50,572 bases of DNA, from the IMG/VR virus record IMGVR_UViG_3300048850_000082, positions 1 to 50,572 of that record; one strand, written 5' to 3'. Made by a program: the position numbers and the translations under genes. The DNA comes from a virus. Taxonomy: Duplodnaviria > Caudoviricetes. Below the pieces are notes generated by a model, which worked only from the letters and a program-made list of their open reading frames with translations, did not search any database and had not been told where the DNA came from. Below are positions 7,694 through 16,650 of this stretch, one piece after another (positions within the stretch are counted from its first letter, which is position 1; each line of letters begins with the position of its first letter).

Positions 7694-9346
7694 CTAGGTG
7701 GTGGGGATGGCTGCGCGGATGAAATCGGGGTGGGCGGCGGCGATCTCGTCGAACACGTCGCGGGCCTGCTTGATCGCTGCCGGGGTCTTGACGCGGCCTT
7801 GGCCGCTGGCGGCGCGGGCCACGCGCCGGATCGAGTCGGCGTCGCCTTCGCGTGCGAGCTTCTCGACATAGGGCTCATGGGGGCCGTGGGCGTCGAACGC
7901 GGCGATCATCACGGGGATCGGCACGTCGGGCTCGCCCGGGTTGGCGTAGATGGACATCGACGGCACGGACAGCGTCATGAGTTCCTCCCAAGGGTCGAGG
8001 GCTGGTGGATCGAGCAGACGGTCGCCCTCGGTTTGGGCGCGGTCGTAGTAGAGCTGGCGGTCGGCGATCCCGTTGGTGCCACCGTTGATAGCTCGGGTGG
8101 CGCTGATCATGTCGCGCTCGTCGGCGTAGAGATTGAGCTTCGGACGGGCGATGGTCCAGTAGTAGGTGACGACGGCGAAGGCGTTCTCGTCGGTCTCCAT
8201 CTGCTCGGGATGGTCGACGAACCACAGTGGCGTGGGACACTTCCCGCGCGAGTACATCCACTTCGAGAAGGCTGTGACGTTGGCGCGGCCGGTGAGTTGG
8301 ACGAAGCCGCGGCCGCGGAACCGACGCCCGTCGCCGGGCTGGTTATTGCCGAGGTCGTCGCGACCCTCGTAGGCGGCGCCGTCGGCGATCTCGCGCTTGT
8401 AGTAGAGCGCGCCCGACTCGTGGAACATCTGGCCGAACCACATCGCCCGGCGGTTGACGCTGTGACAACCACAGTCCGCCAGGCACATTCGCAGCAGGGG
8501 CAGCAGTTCGTTGTAGCGAGCCAACGTCATTCGGCTCGGGCGGCCAGCGATGCGCCACAGCACCTCGGCGACGAGCCCGCCCGTGACGCTGAGCGGGGGC
8601 GGTGGGGTGACCGGACCCGCCGGGGTGATGAACAGGCCGAGCGAGCGCAGGGTGACCGGACCGGCAACGCCGTCCGCCTCCAGTCCCTTGCTGCGCTGGT
8701 AGGCGATGACGGCTGCCTCGGTCTGGGGTCCGAACTCGCCGTCGGCGGGCACCCCGAGCTTGCGCTGGAGTTCAACGACGCGCGGGCCGACGTTCTCGAA
8801 GTTGCGTCCGAGGTAGATCGCGCCGCCGAGCTGCGGCGGGGCGACCGGCGGAGTTCCGTCCTCGCTGATCGGGCCGGGAAGGTAGAACCAGTCGTTGGCG
8901 TAGCTGTCGTAGAACGAGCGGGCCTTGCTACCGGTGACCGCACCGCCGACGCCGTAGGAACCGCCACGCGACTCCATGCGGACGCCGTCGAGTTCGCCCC
9001 ACATGTGCGAGCGCGCACCGCCTCCGGGGCCGTGGTGCAGTGCGACCTTGACTGGGGCGTTCGCGGGTACGGCTGCGGCGCTGGCGGCGCGGATGAGACC
9101 GAACGGGCCGCGCGCACCGGGACCGCCGACGTAGCGGTAGGACTCGGTCGTCGATCCTTCGGACTCACGGCCCCAGCGGACCGCGCCCGTCGTAGCGGCG
9201 GCGAGGATGTCATTCCACAGGCCCGAGCAGTCGGTGCCCTGCTTCAGGTTGAGCGGCGACCACATGCCGCCGTAGACGTACGGGTTGCCCAAGCGGTCGA
9301 AGAACACGCGCTTGGCGTGTTCGAGGTGCGCGCGGTAGACGGTCAC
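7694..9346 (-). CDS. lysA: Lysin A endolysin: NlpC/P60-like peptidase, PG-binding domain, GH19 glycosidase
   Basis: PYVYGG..TDCSG..H; DGEFGPQTEAAV..YQ...GLEADGVAGP; HESG..RGRGFVQLTGR..INGGTNG. Confidence 0.93.
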   Translation of the reverse strand: MTVYRAHLEHAKRVFFDRLGNPYVYGGMWSPLNLKQGTDCSGLWNDILAAATTGAVRWGRESEGSTTESYRYVGGPGARGPFGLIRAASAAAVPANAPVKVALHHGPGGGARSHMWGELDGVRMESRGGSYGVGGAVTGSKARSFYDSYANDWFYLPGPISEDGTPPVAPPQLGGAIYLGRNFENVGPRVVELQRKLGVPADGEFGPQTEAAVIAYQRSKGLEADGVAGPVTLRSLGLFITPAGPVTPPPPLSVTGGLVAEVLWRIAGRPSRMTLARYNELLPLLRMCLADCGCHSVNRRAMWFGQMFHESGALYYKREIADGAAYEGRDDLGNNQPGDGRRFRGRGFVQLTGRANVTAFSKWMYSRGKCPTPLWFVDHPEQMETDENAFAVVTYYWTIARPKLNLYADERDMISATRAINGGTNGIADRQLYYDRAQTEGDRLLDPPALDPWEELMTLSVPSMSIYANPGEPDVPIPVMIAAFDAHGPHEPYVEKLAREGDADSIRRVARAASGQGRVKTPAAIKQARDVFDEIAAAHPDFIRAAIPTT

Positions 9347-9353
9347 TACTCTC

Positions 9354-9476
9354 CTAGAAGCTGATGTTCAGGTCGTCATCGACTAGGCCGAAGTACAGGG
9401 CGACCGCGCCGACGACGGCGGCCAGGGCGATGCCAGCGGCACTGCCACCGGCGAGGGCGAGGGCGTAGGACTTCAC
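9354..9476 (-). CDS. Single-TM microprotein (40 aa)
   Basis: VKSYALALAGGSAAGIALAAVVGAVALYFGLVDDDLNISF, directly upstream of lysA. Confidence 0.6.
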   Translation of the reverse strand: MKSYALALAGGSAAGIALAAVVGAVALYFGLVDDDLNISF

Positions 9477-9559
9477 AGCGCCACGCAGAGGATTAGCGCG
9501 ATGAGCAGCGGCACCGAGGCGTAGGCGCCAACGAGCGCCCACGGGAAGGGGCGCTCCAC
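9473..9559 (-). CDS. Single-TM microprotein (28 aa), not in the ORF track
   Basis: VERPFPWALVGAYASVPLLIALILCVAL; GTGA overlap with the next gene. Confidence 0.55.
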   Translation of the reverse strand: MERPFPWALVGAYASVPLLIALILCVAL

Positions 9560-9614
9560 ATACCACCAACGGTTCTGATACCAACGGGTCACGACGCGCC
9601 TACACTTCCTTCGC

Positions 9615-9896
9615 ATGGGGGGACCGCTCAAAAAGCTCATTCACACGTTGCTTGTGAAACTTGACGTTGACGCCACGTGCAAGTGGGAGCACTTCGTCGA
9701 CGGCCCTGACTCGCCGCGCCTGACGTGCGGGAACCCGGCGGATTGCTTGATCACCGACCCTCGGTGTGGCCACAGCACCACGGTGTGTGCACACTGCTGT
9801 GAGTTGGCCAGGACGGCTCGGTGGTGGTGGTGCCGCGACTGTGGCATGGCCACCAGCACCCGCGGGGTTCCGTTCAAGGTGTGGCAACCGCGGTAG
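9615..9896 (+). CDS. Cys-rich putative zinc-binding protein, antisense to the late operon
   Basis: Nine Cys including CAHCC and CRDC; TACACT -10 at 9601-9606, 8 nt before the ATG. Confidence 0.65.
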   Translation: MGGPLKKLIHTLLVKLDVDATCKWEHFVDGPDSPRLTCGNPADCLITDPRCGHSTTVCAHCCELARTARWWWCRDCGMATSTRGVPFKVWQPR

Positions 9897-9897
9897 A

Positions 9898-11274
9898 TCA
9901 GGCGGCACGCCAAGGCGAATGGATCGGCATGATTTTCGCCCCAACCTTCTGACCCGTAGTAGCCATGTCGTCCAACGCGGCGATAGCGTCGGTCACGTCC
10001 GAGTCTGAGACGCTCGTGCCGCCAGCCGGGATGACAACGAACTGAGAGTCTGTGTCGCGGCCGTTCATGGCGGCCCACGCTTCGCCGTCCTCGATCGTCG
10101 GCGCAGTCCCATGCAACATCACCGTCTCGGGACGCAACGCAATCACGTTGCGGGACGACACCAACCCGGCAGGGTCGATCGATGAGTAGCGGTACCCCCC
10201 ACGCGCGTCGTAGTAGATGTTGCGCCGCAGTGTGAGGTCGTTACCGGTCCCCCACCCGTAATTGAGCACATGGACCCGCACATCTGTGTCGCTGCGGTAA
10301 TCGGATCCCCACCCGTACCCCGCGAACAAGTTGGTGTTGTACTCCGACACGCAATTGATGAACCCTGGGCCCGTGGGGCGCCGCCAATACTCTTCGGACT
10401 GGGCGTTGCGGTACACCAGGTTTCGTCGCCACGTGATGTTCGTGAAGGTGGATGGTGCACCGTCCGCGCCGCCTTGGATGGACCAGGCGGTGTCGTAGCA
10501 GTCACGAAGGACGTTGTGCTCGCAGTGAACGTCGGCCGAGTTGTTCCACACGTTGATGCCGTTGCCATACCGGGTGGTGCCCGACAGATATGAGCCGCCG
10601 ACTTCACCGATCTCGCAGCCGATGATTCGAATGCGGGTGGACTGGCCTTCCCCGGGGGCGCGGACACCGCATGCGCCGTGACCGAGGATGGCTAGGTTTC
10701 GTAGTTCAACTCCGGAGCGGCCGATCCACCCGTCGCCGTCCACGGTGCATCGGACGTCGGCGGCGAGGGTGGTTGGCTTCGCCGAGGACCGGACGTACAA
10801 GGTGGTGCCGGTTGAGTAGAAGTCCCATTGCTGGGTGAGGCTGGCGAGGGACGCTTTCTTGGCTCCGTAGAGGACCTCGTCGACCTTCAGGAACCCAACG
10901 TCCCCGTCGCCTTGGGCGGAGTTGTAGCCCGTGTACGTGACTCCGTGGTTGGCGGCGGAGTAGTCGACCTTCCAGGTGTCGGCGTCTTCCTGCACCCATC
11001 CGGAGGCGGTGTTGAGAATCTTGTAGCCAGAGATGACGGGCGCCGACCCGGTGCCGTAAGCGCCGATCTTCAGCCACCCCGGGTTCGCGGGGTTGATCGT
11101 TGAGGGGGTGCGGAGCAGGCCATGGAAGGTGTCTCCGCGGCGGAGGAAAACGCGGTTGTTCAGCCCCACACCGCCGGCGAATGCTGTGTTGAGACGGGTC
11201 AGTGTTGCCCAAGGGGAGGTGAGAGTTCCGTCGTTTGAATCGTTCCCGGCTGCTGACAGGTAGTAGTCGGTCAC
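9898..11274 (-). CDS. Right-handed parallel beta-helix (pectate-lyase-like) protein, candidate tailspike or depolymerase
   Basis: YYLSAAGNDSNDGT..SPWATL and VFLRRGDTF N-cap, Asn-ladder repeats; GTGA-coupled to the tail fibre gene. Confidence 0.8.
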   Translation of the reverse strand: MTDYYLSAAGNDSNDGTLTSPWATLTRLNTAFAGGVGLNNRVFLRRGDTFHGLLRTPSTINPANPGWLKIGAYGTGSAPVISGYKILNTASGWVQEDADTWKVDYSAANHGVTYTGYNSAQGDGDVGFLKVDEVLYGAKKASLASLTQQWDFYSTGTTLYVRSSAKPTTLAADVRCTVDGDGWIGRSGVELRNLAILGHGACGVRAPGEGQSTRIRIIGCEIGEVGGSYLSGTTRYGNGINVWNNSADVHCEHNVLRDCYDTAWSIQGGADGAPSTFTNITWRRNLVYRNAQSEEYWRRPTGPGFINCVSEYNTNLFAGYGWGSDYRSDTDVRVHVLNYGWGTGNDLTLRRNIYYDARGGYRYSSIDPAGLVSSRNVIALRPETVMLHGTAPTIEDGEAWAAMNGRDTDSQFVVIPAGGTSVSDSDVTDAIAALDDMATTGQKVGAKIMPIHSPWRAA

Positions 11275-12617
11275 GTTGCGATGTTCCCGTCGAGCACCCA
11301 CTCATCGGTGGCCCGCTTCCGCAGCGTGGCGACGCCGTACTGACCTGAGATTTTCGTTGCGCCGCCGAGACTGCGGATCGTCACGCTGGCGCCGGGTGTG
11401 ACTGTCACCTGCCCGGCTCCGAGTTGGCACAGCTCAATGGCGGTGCCTACGGGGAATGCGACCGTGGAGTTCGGCGGAACCGTCAGCGCGACGGCCGCAG
11501 CGTTGTTCAGCTCCAGCACCTTTGATTCGTCGGCCAGCACCAGCGTGTAGGAGGTGCCGGTTTGGAGGTTCACAGTCCGTCGCGCCAAAGCAACTGGGAC
11601 GCCGTTCTCCATGAGGCGTCCGGCGTTCTTGGTGGCCATGTTCCAACCGATGTCGGTTGCAGACCCCGACGCCAACATGCGTACCGCCGCAGCGGCCGAC
11701 GCCCACACCGCCAGAGTAGGAGTCGACCCCTTTGGGGTGAACGCAATATTCACAGTGGCGTCGGCGCCCAATGCCGTCAAACCTGGCGACGTGCCGGCGG
11801 CGCCGCTATCGATGCGTAGGTAGTTCACCGCCGAGGCAGCGGGATTCAACGCCAAAAGTTGATTGCTGCTGGCGTCGAAGATTCCCGTGGTGATCTTGGG
11901 TGATGGCAGGGTCTTGTTGGTCAGCGAGGCGACTGCGGTGCGGAATGCCTCGATGGCAGCGGCGACGCCCACGGCAATTGCGCTGTCGGTCTCGGCGATG
12001 CTGTAAGCGCCGACGTCGGAAGGCGTGGGCGGTGTGGTGTCGATGTCGTAGGTGTCGACGGGGTTCCCGTCCATCGTGAGGCCCGTGAAGAGCAGCGGCG
12101 AGATGTCGACACGGCCGACCTCTTCGCCCTGCACATAGGAGACCAGCTCGCCGTCTTCGAGTTGAACGTCGTCGACAGGGAGCCCGTCCGGCCCGCGCGC
12201 GATGCCCTGCCCCGCAGCACTGGGCACGGGCAGCACGTTGGCCAGCGGCACCTCGACGTCGGTGGATGGTGCGTCGAAGGTGGTGCCGTTCACCTTGACC
12301 GGACGCCCCAGTGGGTCAGCCAGGTCGAAGATGATCTCGTAGGGCAGCCGCGTCAGATTCAGCACGGGATCGTTGGCCCACACGCGCATCCCGGGAGTTC
12401 CGCCGGGCTTGTTCTTCAGCACGCCGTCGGTGTCGAGGTATCCCTCGAAGACGCGGATCGAGTATCCCTTGCCGTCGGACCCGAGTGCCGCGGCGCCGTC
12501 GCGAAACTTCGCGCGTGCGTAGACGGGTCCGATGGCCGGCAGAGTGCCGATGTCGCCGTTCTCGTCCTCGGTGTCGTTGACGACGTGCTCGTAGGTCAGT
12601 GTGCAGTTGATCGGCAT
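11271..12617 (-). CDS. Minor tail / tail fibre protein
   Basis: Position; Ala/Gly/Thr-rich middle; C-terminal YTLVLAD...VPPNSTVAFPVGT...W.LDG domain typical of fibres. Confidence 0.8.
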   Translation of the reverse strand: MPINCTLTYEHVVNDTEDENGDIGTLPAIGPVYARAKFRDGAAALGSDGKGYSIRVFEGYLDTDGVLKNKPGGTPGMRVWANDPVLNLTRLPYEIIFDLADPLGRPVKVNGTTFDAPSTDVEVPLANVLPVPSAAGQGIARGPDGLPVDDVQLEDGELVSYVQGEEVGRVDISPLLFTGLTMDGNPVDTYDIDTTPPTPSDVGAYSIAETDSAIAVGVAAAIEAFRTAVASLTNKTLPSPKITTGIFDASSNQLLALNPAASAVNYLRIDSGAAGTSPGLTALGADATVNIAFTPKGSTPTLAVWASAAAAVRMLASGSATDIGWNMATKNAGRLMENGVPVALARRTVNLQTGTSYTLVLADESKVLELNNAAAVALTVPPNSTVAFPVGTAIELCQLGAGQVTVTPGASVTIRSLGGATKISGQYGVATLRKRATDEWVLDGNIAT

Positions 12618-12922
12618 CAGCCCTCGACCTCCGTGCCGTAGGTTGCGGTGTATTCGTCCTGGGTGAGCACGCTGATCGCACCGTTGATGACGACCTTCCA
12701 GTCGCCGATCCGTGCTTCGACGGGCTTCTCCAGCCTGTTCATGGGGGCCGGCGGCAGGGTTGCCTGAAGGCTCCATCCGACGTCGCCATTGGGGTCGGTG
12801 TCGAAGGTCGCGGCGGTGATGCTGCCGACGTACCCGGCGGCCTTGAGCTGCTTCAGTAGCGCCCACAGCTCGTCTTCGGAGTCGATCTGATCAGCTGTCG
12901 CTTCGATCGTGATGGACGGCAT
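12617..12922 (-). CDS. Small tail-region protein
   Basis: AGGAG SD and ATG; coupled to neighbours. Confidence 0.75.
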   Translation of the reverse strand: MPSITIEATADQIDSEDELWALLKQLKAAGYVGSITAATFDTDPNGDVGWSLQATLPPAPMNRLEKPVEARIGDWKVVINGAISVLTQDEYTATYGTEVEG

Positions 12923-12930
12923 GTGCACTC

Positions 12931-14019
12931 CTACGCGGCTGCGAGACGGTCGTTGGCGGTGAAGCTCTGAATGGACGGTGGGGGGTTCTGCACGAACGCG
13001 AAGCCCACGAACTGGGTGCCGGACTTCATCACGAACGCCGTGTGCAGGAAGTCAGGCCCGAGGTTCGAGAGGGTGCCCGAGTCGTCGGTGACGGTGATGA
13101 TGGCGTCGGAGTTGCAGTAGAGGATGAACTCGCGGTCGTCGACGTCAGTGCCGGCCTTGAAGGTCCACCGATCGCCAGCGGCGTTGCGGCCGGGTGCGGT
13201 GTCCAGGCTGGTGTAGACGCCGGCCACGACCTTCCCGATGCTGCAGCCCTCACGGGAGAACCGTGCCTCGACGTAGTTGGTCAGGGTCGCGTCGGCGCGC
13301 AGGATGAGCCGCAGGTGGGTCGGGTTGGTGATGGTCGGGAACTTGGCGTTCTGGACGACCGCGACGGCCTGGTAGTCCGTGTGCAGCGGGGTGTTGTGCA
13401 AGACGATGCACCCGCGAGCGTCACCGCCGAGTGCGTCCCAATAGGCGTTGCCGTCGGCGATCTTCACCGTCCCCGCGCTACCGCTGAAGTAGCTCAGCGT
13501 GTAGTCGGGACCGATGTCAGACCCAGCGCGGTTGAACGTGTCGTCGATCAGCACGCCGCCAGGAACGTTGCCCTGCGCCAACTTCGCCTCGAGCTGCGCG
13601 ACGCCGACGTTCGCGTGATCAGCCGACTCCTGCGCGCCCTCGCCGGTCGCCTGCGCCGCGTCGGTCTTGTCCTTGATGACGCCGAAGATCTGGCCGAAGT
13701 ACTCCAGCGCATCACCCGCGGGTGGCCCGATGATCGGTATCAGGTCGAGGACGTTGACGATGATCGTGATGAGGTCGCGGATGGGCTGCAGGATCTGGTC
13801 GGGCAGCAGCACGTCGGCCCAGTGCTGAAGCTGGTTGATCAGCGGCCCCGGGAGGACGACACCGACGATCGCCAGGACGACCTTCTTGAGCACCGCCTCG
13901 ATGAGGCCGGTGAACATTTTCCCGATGCGACCGACGTCGGGCATCGTCGCGCCGGGCTGATTCGGAAACCCGTGGATGTCCTCGTTGGTGCCCTCGGCCC
14001 AATCGGGTGGCTCGCTCAC
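12931..14019 (-). CDS. Minor tail protein
   Basis: Synteny; beta-sandwich-like C-terminal domain beginning DDTFNR. Confidence 0.8.
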   Translation of the reverse strand: MSEPPDWAEGTNEDIHGFPNQPGATMPDVGRIGKMFTGLIEAVLKKVVLAIVGVVLPGPLINQLQHWADVLLPDQILQPIRDLITIIVNVLDLIPIIGPPAGDALEYFGQIFGVIKDKTDAAQATGEGAQESADHANVGVAQLEAKLAQGNVPGGVLIDDTFNRAGSDIGPDYTLSYFSGSAGTVKIADGNAYWDALGGDARGCIVLHNTPLHTDYQAVAVVQNAKFPTITNPTHLRLILRADATLTNYVEARFSREGCSIGKVVAGVYTSLDTAPGRNAAGDRWTFKAGTDVDDREFILYCNSDAIITVTDDSGTLSNLGPDFLHTAFVMKSGTQFVGFAFVQNPPPSIQSFTANDRLAAA

Positions 14020-14900
14020 GGAACCGGGACGACTCGGGCCTGCATGCGGGTGGCGGCCGCGCTGCTCTGGTAGGTCGCCGTGCCGCCCTGCTTTTCGGTG
14101 CGCAGGTAGATCGTCACGCCCGCGTTCGCCGCCAGCGTCACGTTCGAGACCGCCGCAGCGGCACCAGCAGCGAGTGCACTGTCGTCCAGGCCACCGATCA
14201 GCGCGAGACGGTCGGTGAGCCCGCCGAGACCCACGCAGCGGCCCACGACAGCGCCGTCGGTCGCGCTGAGCCGTGCCACGAGGTCGACCTGGGCGTCGAT
14301 GCCCGACGCCGTGATGACGGTGCCGCCGTCGACCTCGACGCGGTAGGGGAAGCCGTAGGTGTTGGCGGGGATGTTGATCTGCTGGACCGTGAACCCGCCC
14401 GTGGTGCCCGCCGGTGCCGAGGCAGCCGCCGACGTCGGGTAGTGGATGCCGCCGACCCTCTGCGGCACCAACTCGAAGCCGTTGGCGCCGGAGTTGACCT
14501 GCAGCATGCGCTTGTAGGCCGGCGAGCCGAACGACGACGGGTTGAGCACGCTTGCACCGTCTTGACCGGGCGGGCCCTTGCGCTGCGTGGCCACGACCTT
14601 GAGGATCTGGCGCGTCGTCTCGGTGGCGGGGGCGAGTTCGACGATCTGGTAGCTATCAGGGGTCGGGTCGTCGTGCTCGAGGATCGTCACGTCGGGCGTC
14701 GTGACGAATACCGCGCCGAGGCCCGGGTCGCCCTTGACGAGGAACGGGAAGTTCGCGTGGGCGACGCCGCCGGGAGGTGCCGCGAGGAGCATGACCGGCT
14801 TGCTCGGGTCGAACGGGTACTCGAACTCGATCAGACCCTCCCACCGGAACTTCTGCTTACCGGTGACGGGGTCGGTGACTACCTGCGCATACTGTGGCAT
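14016..14900 (-). CDS. Minor tail protein
   Basis: Synteny; short collagen-like KGDPG and KGPPGQDG segments; GAGGGAGG SD. Confidence 0.8.
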   Translation of the reverse strand: MPQYAQVVTDPVTGKQKFRWEGLIEFEYPFDPSKPVMLLAAPPGGVAHANFPFLVKGDPGLGAVFVTTPDVTILEHDDPTPDSYQIVELAPATETTRQILKVVATQRKGPPGQDGASVLNPSSFGSPAYKRMLQVNSGANGFELVPQRVGGIHYPTSAAASAPAGTTGGFTVQQINIPANTYGFPYRVEVDGGTVITASGIDAQVDLVARLSATDGAVVGRCVGLGGLTDRLALIGGLDDSALAAGAAAAVSNVTLAANAGVTIYLRTEKQGGTATYQSSAAATRMQARVVPVP

Positions 14901-14913
14901 TCGATTGCCTCCC

Positions 14914-16650
14914 TCACGAATTGGGGGCCAGTGAGGCCACGTTGATAGCTTCTTGCGCCGCGGTGATGAGTCGTTCGTGCCGGGCGATCGGCGGTTCGTC
15001 GGCCTGGCCGTCACCGATCTGGGCGAGAATGACGCGCTCGGCCGGCGTGATGCGCCACATGATGTTCTCGACGTAGTCGGTGACCATGCGGGTGCGGTCC
15101 ATGTAGACCAGCGAGAAGAGCATCCCTCGCCAGAAATCCTTGCCGAGCGTGTAGATCTCGCCGTTGCGGAACGTGGCCACGACCGACGTCCAGCCGCGGC
15201 TCTCCCAGATCACCTTGAGGAAGGTGAACAGCGCCTGGATGTTGTAAGGCGGTGAGCCGGTCGCGTGGAACCGGGTGATCGCCGGGTGGTACGGGCCGAC
15301 CTCGACGCGCTTCTCGAACAGGTCGAGCTGTTGGAACGCGAAGAACGAATCGTTTAGGAAGCCCGCCAGCAAGTCCGATGGGATGCCGGTGAACCCCAGG
15401 AAGATCATGGCGATGTCGATGATGTAGGCGTAGAACGCATTCATCAGGTCGTTCAACCACTTTGGGCTCTTGCCGCCGATGATGTGCCGCCAGCCGGTCG
15501 GCGAGTGGTCGGTGATCTCGCACGTCAGCAAGCCGCCCTTCTTGCCCGGTGCGGCCAGCTCGAGCATCGTCCAGGGCGCGATGAAGTTGACGCCGAAGAT
15601 GGGCGCGACGTACACGCCCTCCATGCCCTCGGCCTGTTTCAGAATCCCCGCCACGTTGCCGAACAGCGCGCCGGTGAGGTCGACGGTCGTGCGGATGGCC
15701 GAGTCCAGCACGGTCTTCGTCGGGCCCTCGATGTTCGAGTAGTCCTTCACGCGGATGACGTACGTGGGCCGCACCAGGTTGGCCCAGCGGTCGGGCTGCG
15801 GGTCGCCGGGCTTCCACAGGTCGACGTCGACGGTGATGCCGTAGGGCTTGGTCCCCTCAGTGATGACGGAGCCGCAGGTCTCCATGCGAACGGTTCTGCC
15901 CCACAACGGCGAACCATCGAGGAACGGGTTGCTGCGCACGACGTACATCGGCGTCTTGGTCATCTGGAACAGCGAGTCGAGCGTGAGGCCGCCGTTGGTG
16001 ATCAGCGTGCCGAACCACGTGCGGAAGTCAGGGTTGAGCGACGCCGCGTTGTCGATGAAGTCGAACAGCCCGAGCTGCAGCCGTAGCGCGCACTCGGTGA
16101 TCATGTTCTCGATACAGGTCACCATGGGGCCAAAGAAGATGGCGTGCGAGAACGGCTGAACCTGCAACGGTAACCACCAGGTCGGGATGATGACCAGGTA
16201 GTTGAGGATGTCCCAAATGCCCTTCAGCTCAGCGGTACTGGTGTACTCGCCTTGCTCGTCGAGCTTGTATATGTGCTTCTTGACGTAGAACGAGAACCGC
16301 ACGCCGGCGGTCTCCACGGTCATGCCGACCATGGTCTTGCGGCAGGCCATCATCTTGCCGATGTGCGGCGAGACGCCCGTCTGCTTGACCATCGCCGAGG
16401 GTGTGTTGTTGCGCGGGTCGGTACCGGACGCCTCGATGAGGTGCTTGCCTAGCTCGCCGTCCTCGTTCCACCACTTGTCGTGCAGGGTGAAGATCCACTC
16501 GGGGTCGAGTGCGGCCTGCTTGTCGGCGAGCGCGCGCGCCGCGCGGGCCACCTCGGTTGGGCTGCCGGTGGCGATCGCCGCGTTCCACCGCTCCAACTCC
16601 GTCTGCCGCGCCGCGGTGTCGCGCTCTCTCCAGCGCACCAACTCGCCCAC
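14914..16650 (-). CDS. Minor tail protein (hub, L5 gp28-like)
   Basis: Second gene after the tape measure; size and GGKSP motif. Confidence 0.85.
   Translation of the reverse strand: MGELVRWRERDTAARQTELERWNAAIATGSPTEVARAARALADKQAALDPEWIFTLHDKWWNEDGELGKHLIEASGTDPRNNTPSAMVKQTGVSPHIGKMMACRKTMVGMTVETAGVRFSFYVKKHIYKLDEQGEYTSTAELKGIWDILNYLVIIPTWWLPLQVQPFSHAIFFGPMVTCIENMITECALRLQLGLFDFIDNAASLNPDFRTWFGTLITNGGLTLDSLFQMTKTPMYVVRSNPFLDGSPLWGRTVRMETCGSVITEGTKPYGITVDVDLWKPGDPQPDRWANLVRPTYVIRVKDYSNIEGPTKTVLDSAIRTTVDLTGALFGNVAGILKQAEGMEGVYVAPIFGVNFIAPWTMLELAAPGKKGGLLTCEITDHSPTGWRHIIGGKSPKWLNDLMNAFYAYIIDIAMIFLGFTGIPSDLLAGFLNDSFFAFQQLDLFEKRVEVGPYHPAITRFHATGSPPYNIQALFTFLKVIWESRGWTSVVATFRNGEIYTLGKDFWRGMLFSLVYMDRTRMVTDYVENIMWRITPAERVILAQIGDGQADEPPIARHERLITAAQEAINVASLAPNS

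Noticed and set aside
7730-9364. 544-aa plus-strand ORF
   Set aside because: Antisense shadow of lysA caused by high-GC codon bias
9898-14019. Diversity-generating retroelement or invertible tail cassette
   Set aside because: No reverse transcriptase or invertase, and no template/variable repeat pair seen by eye
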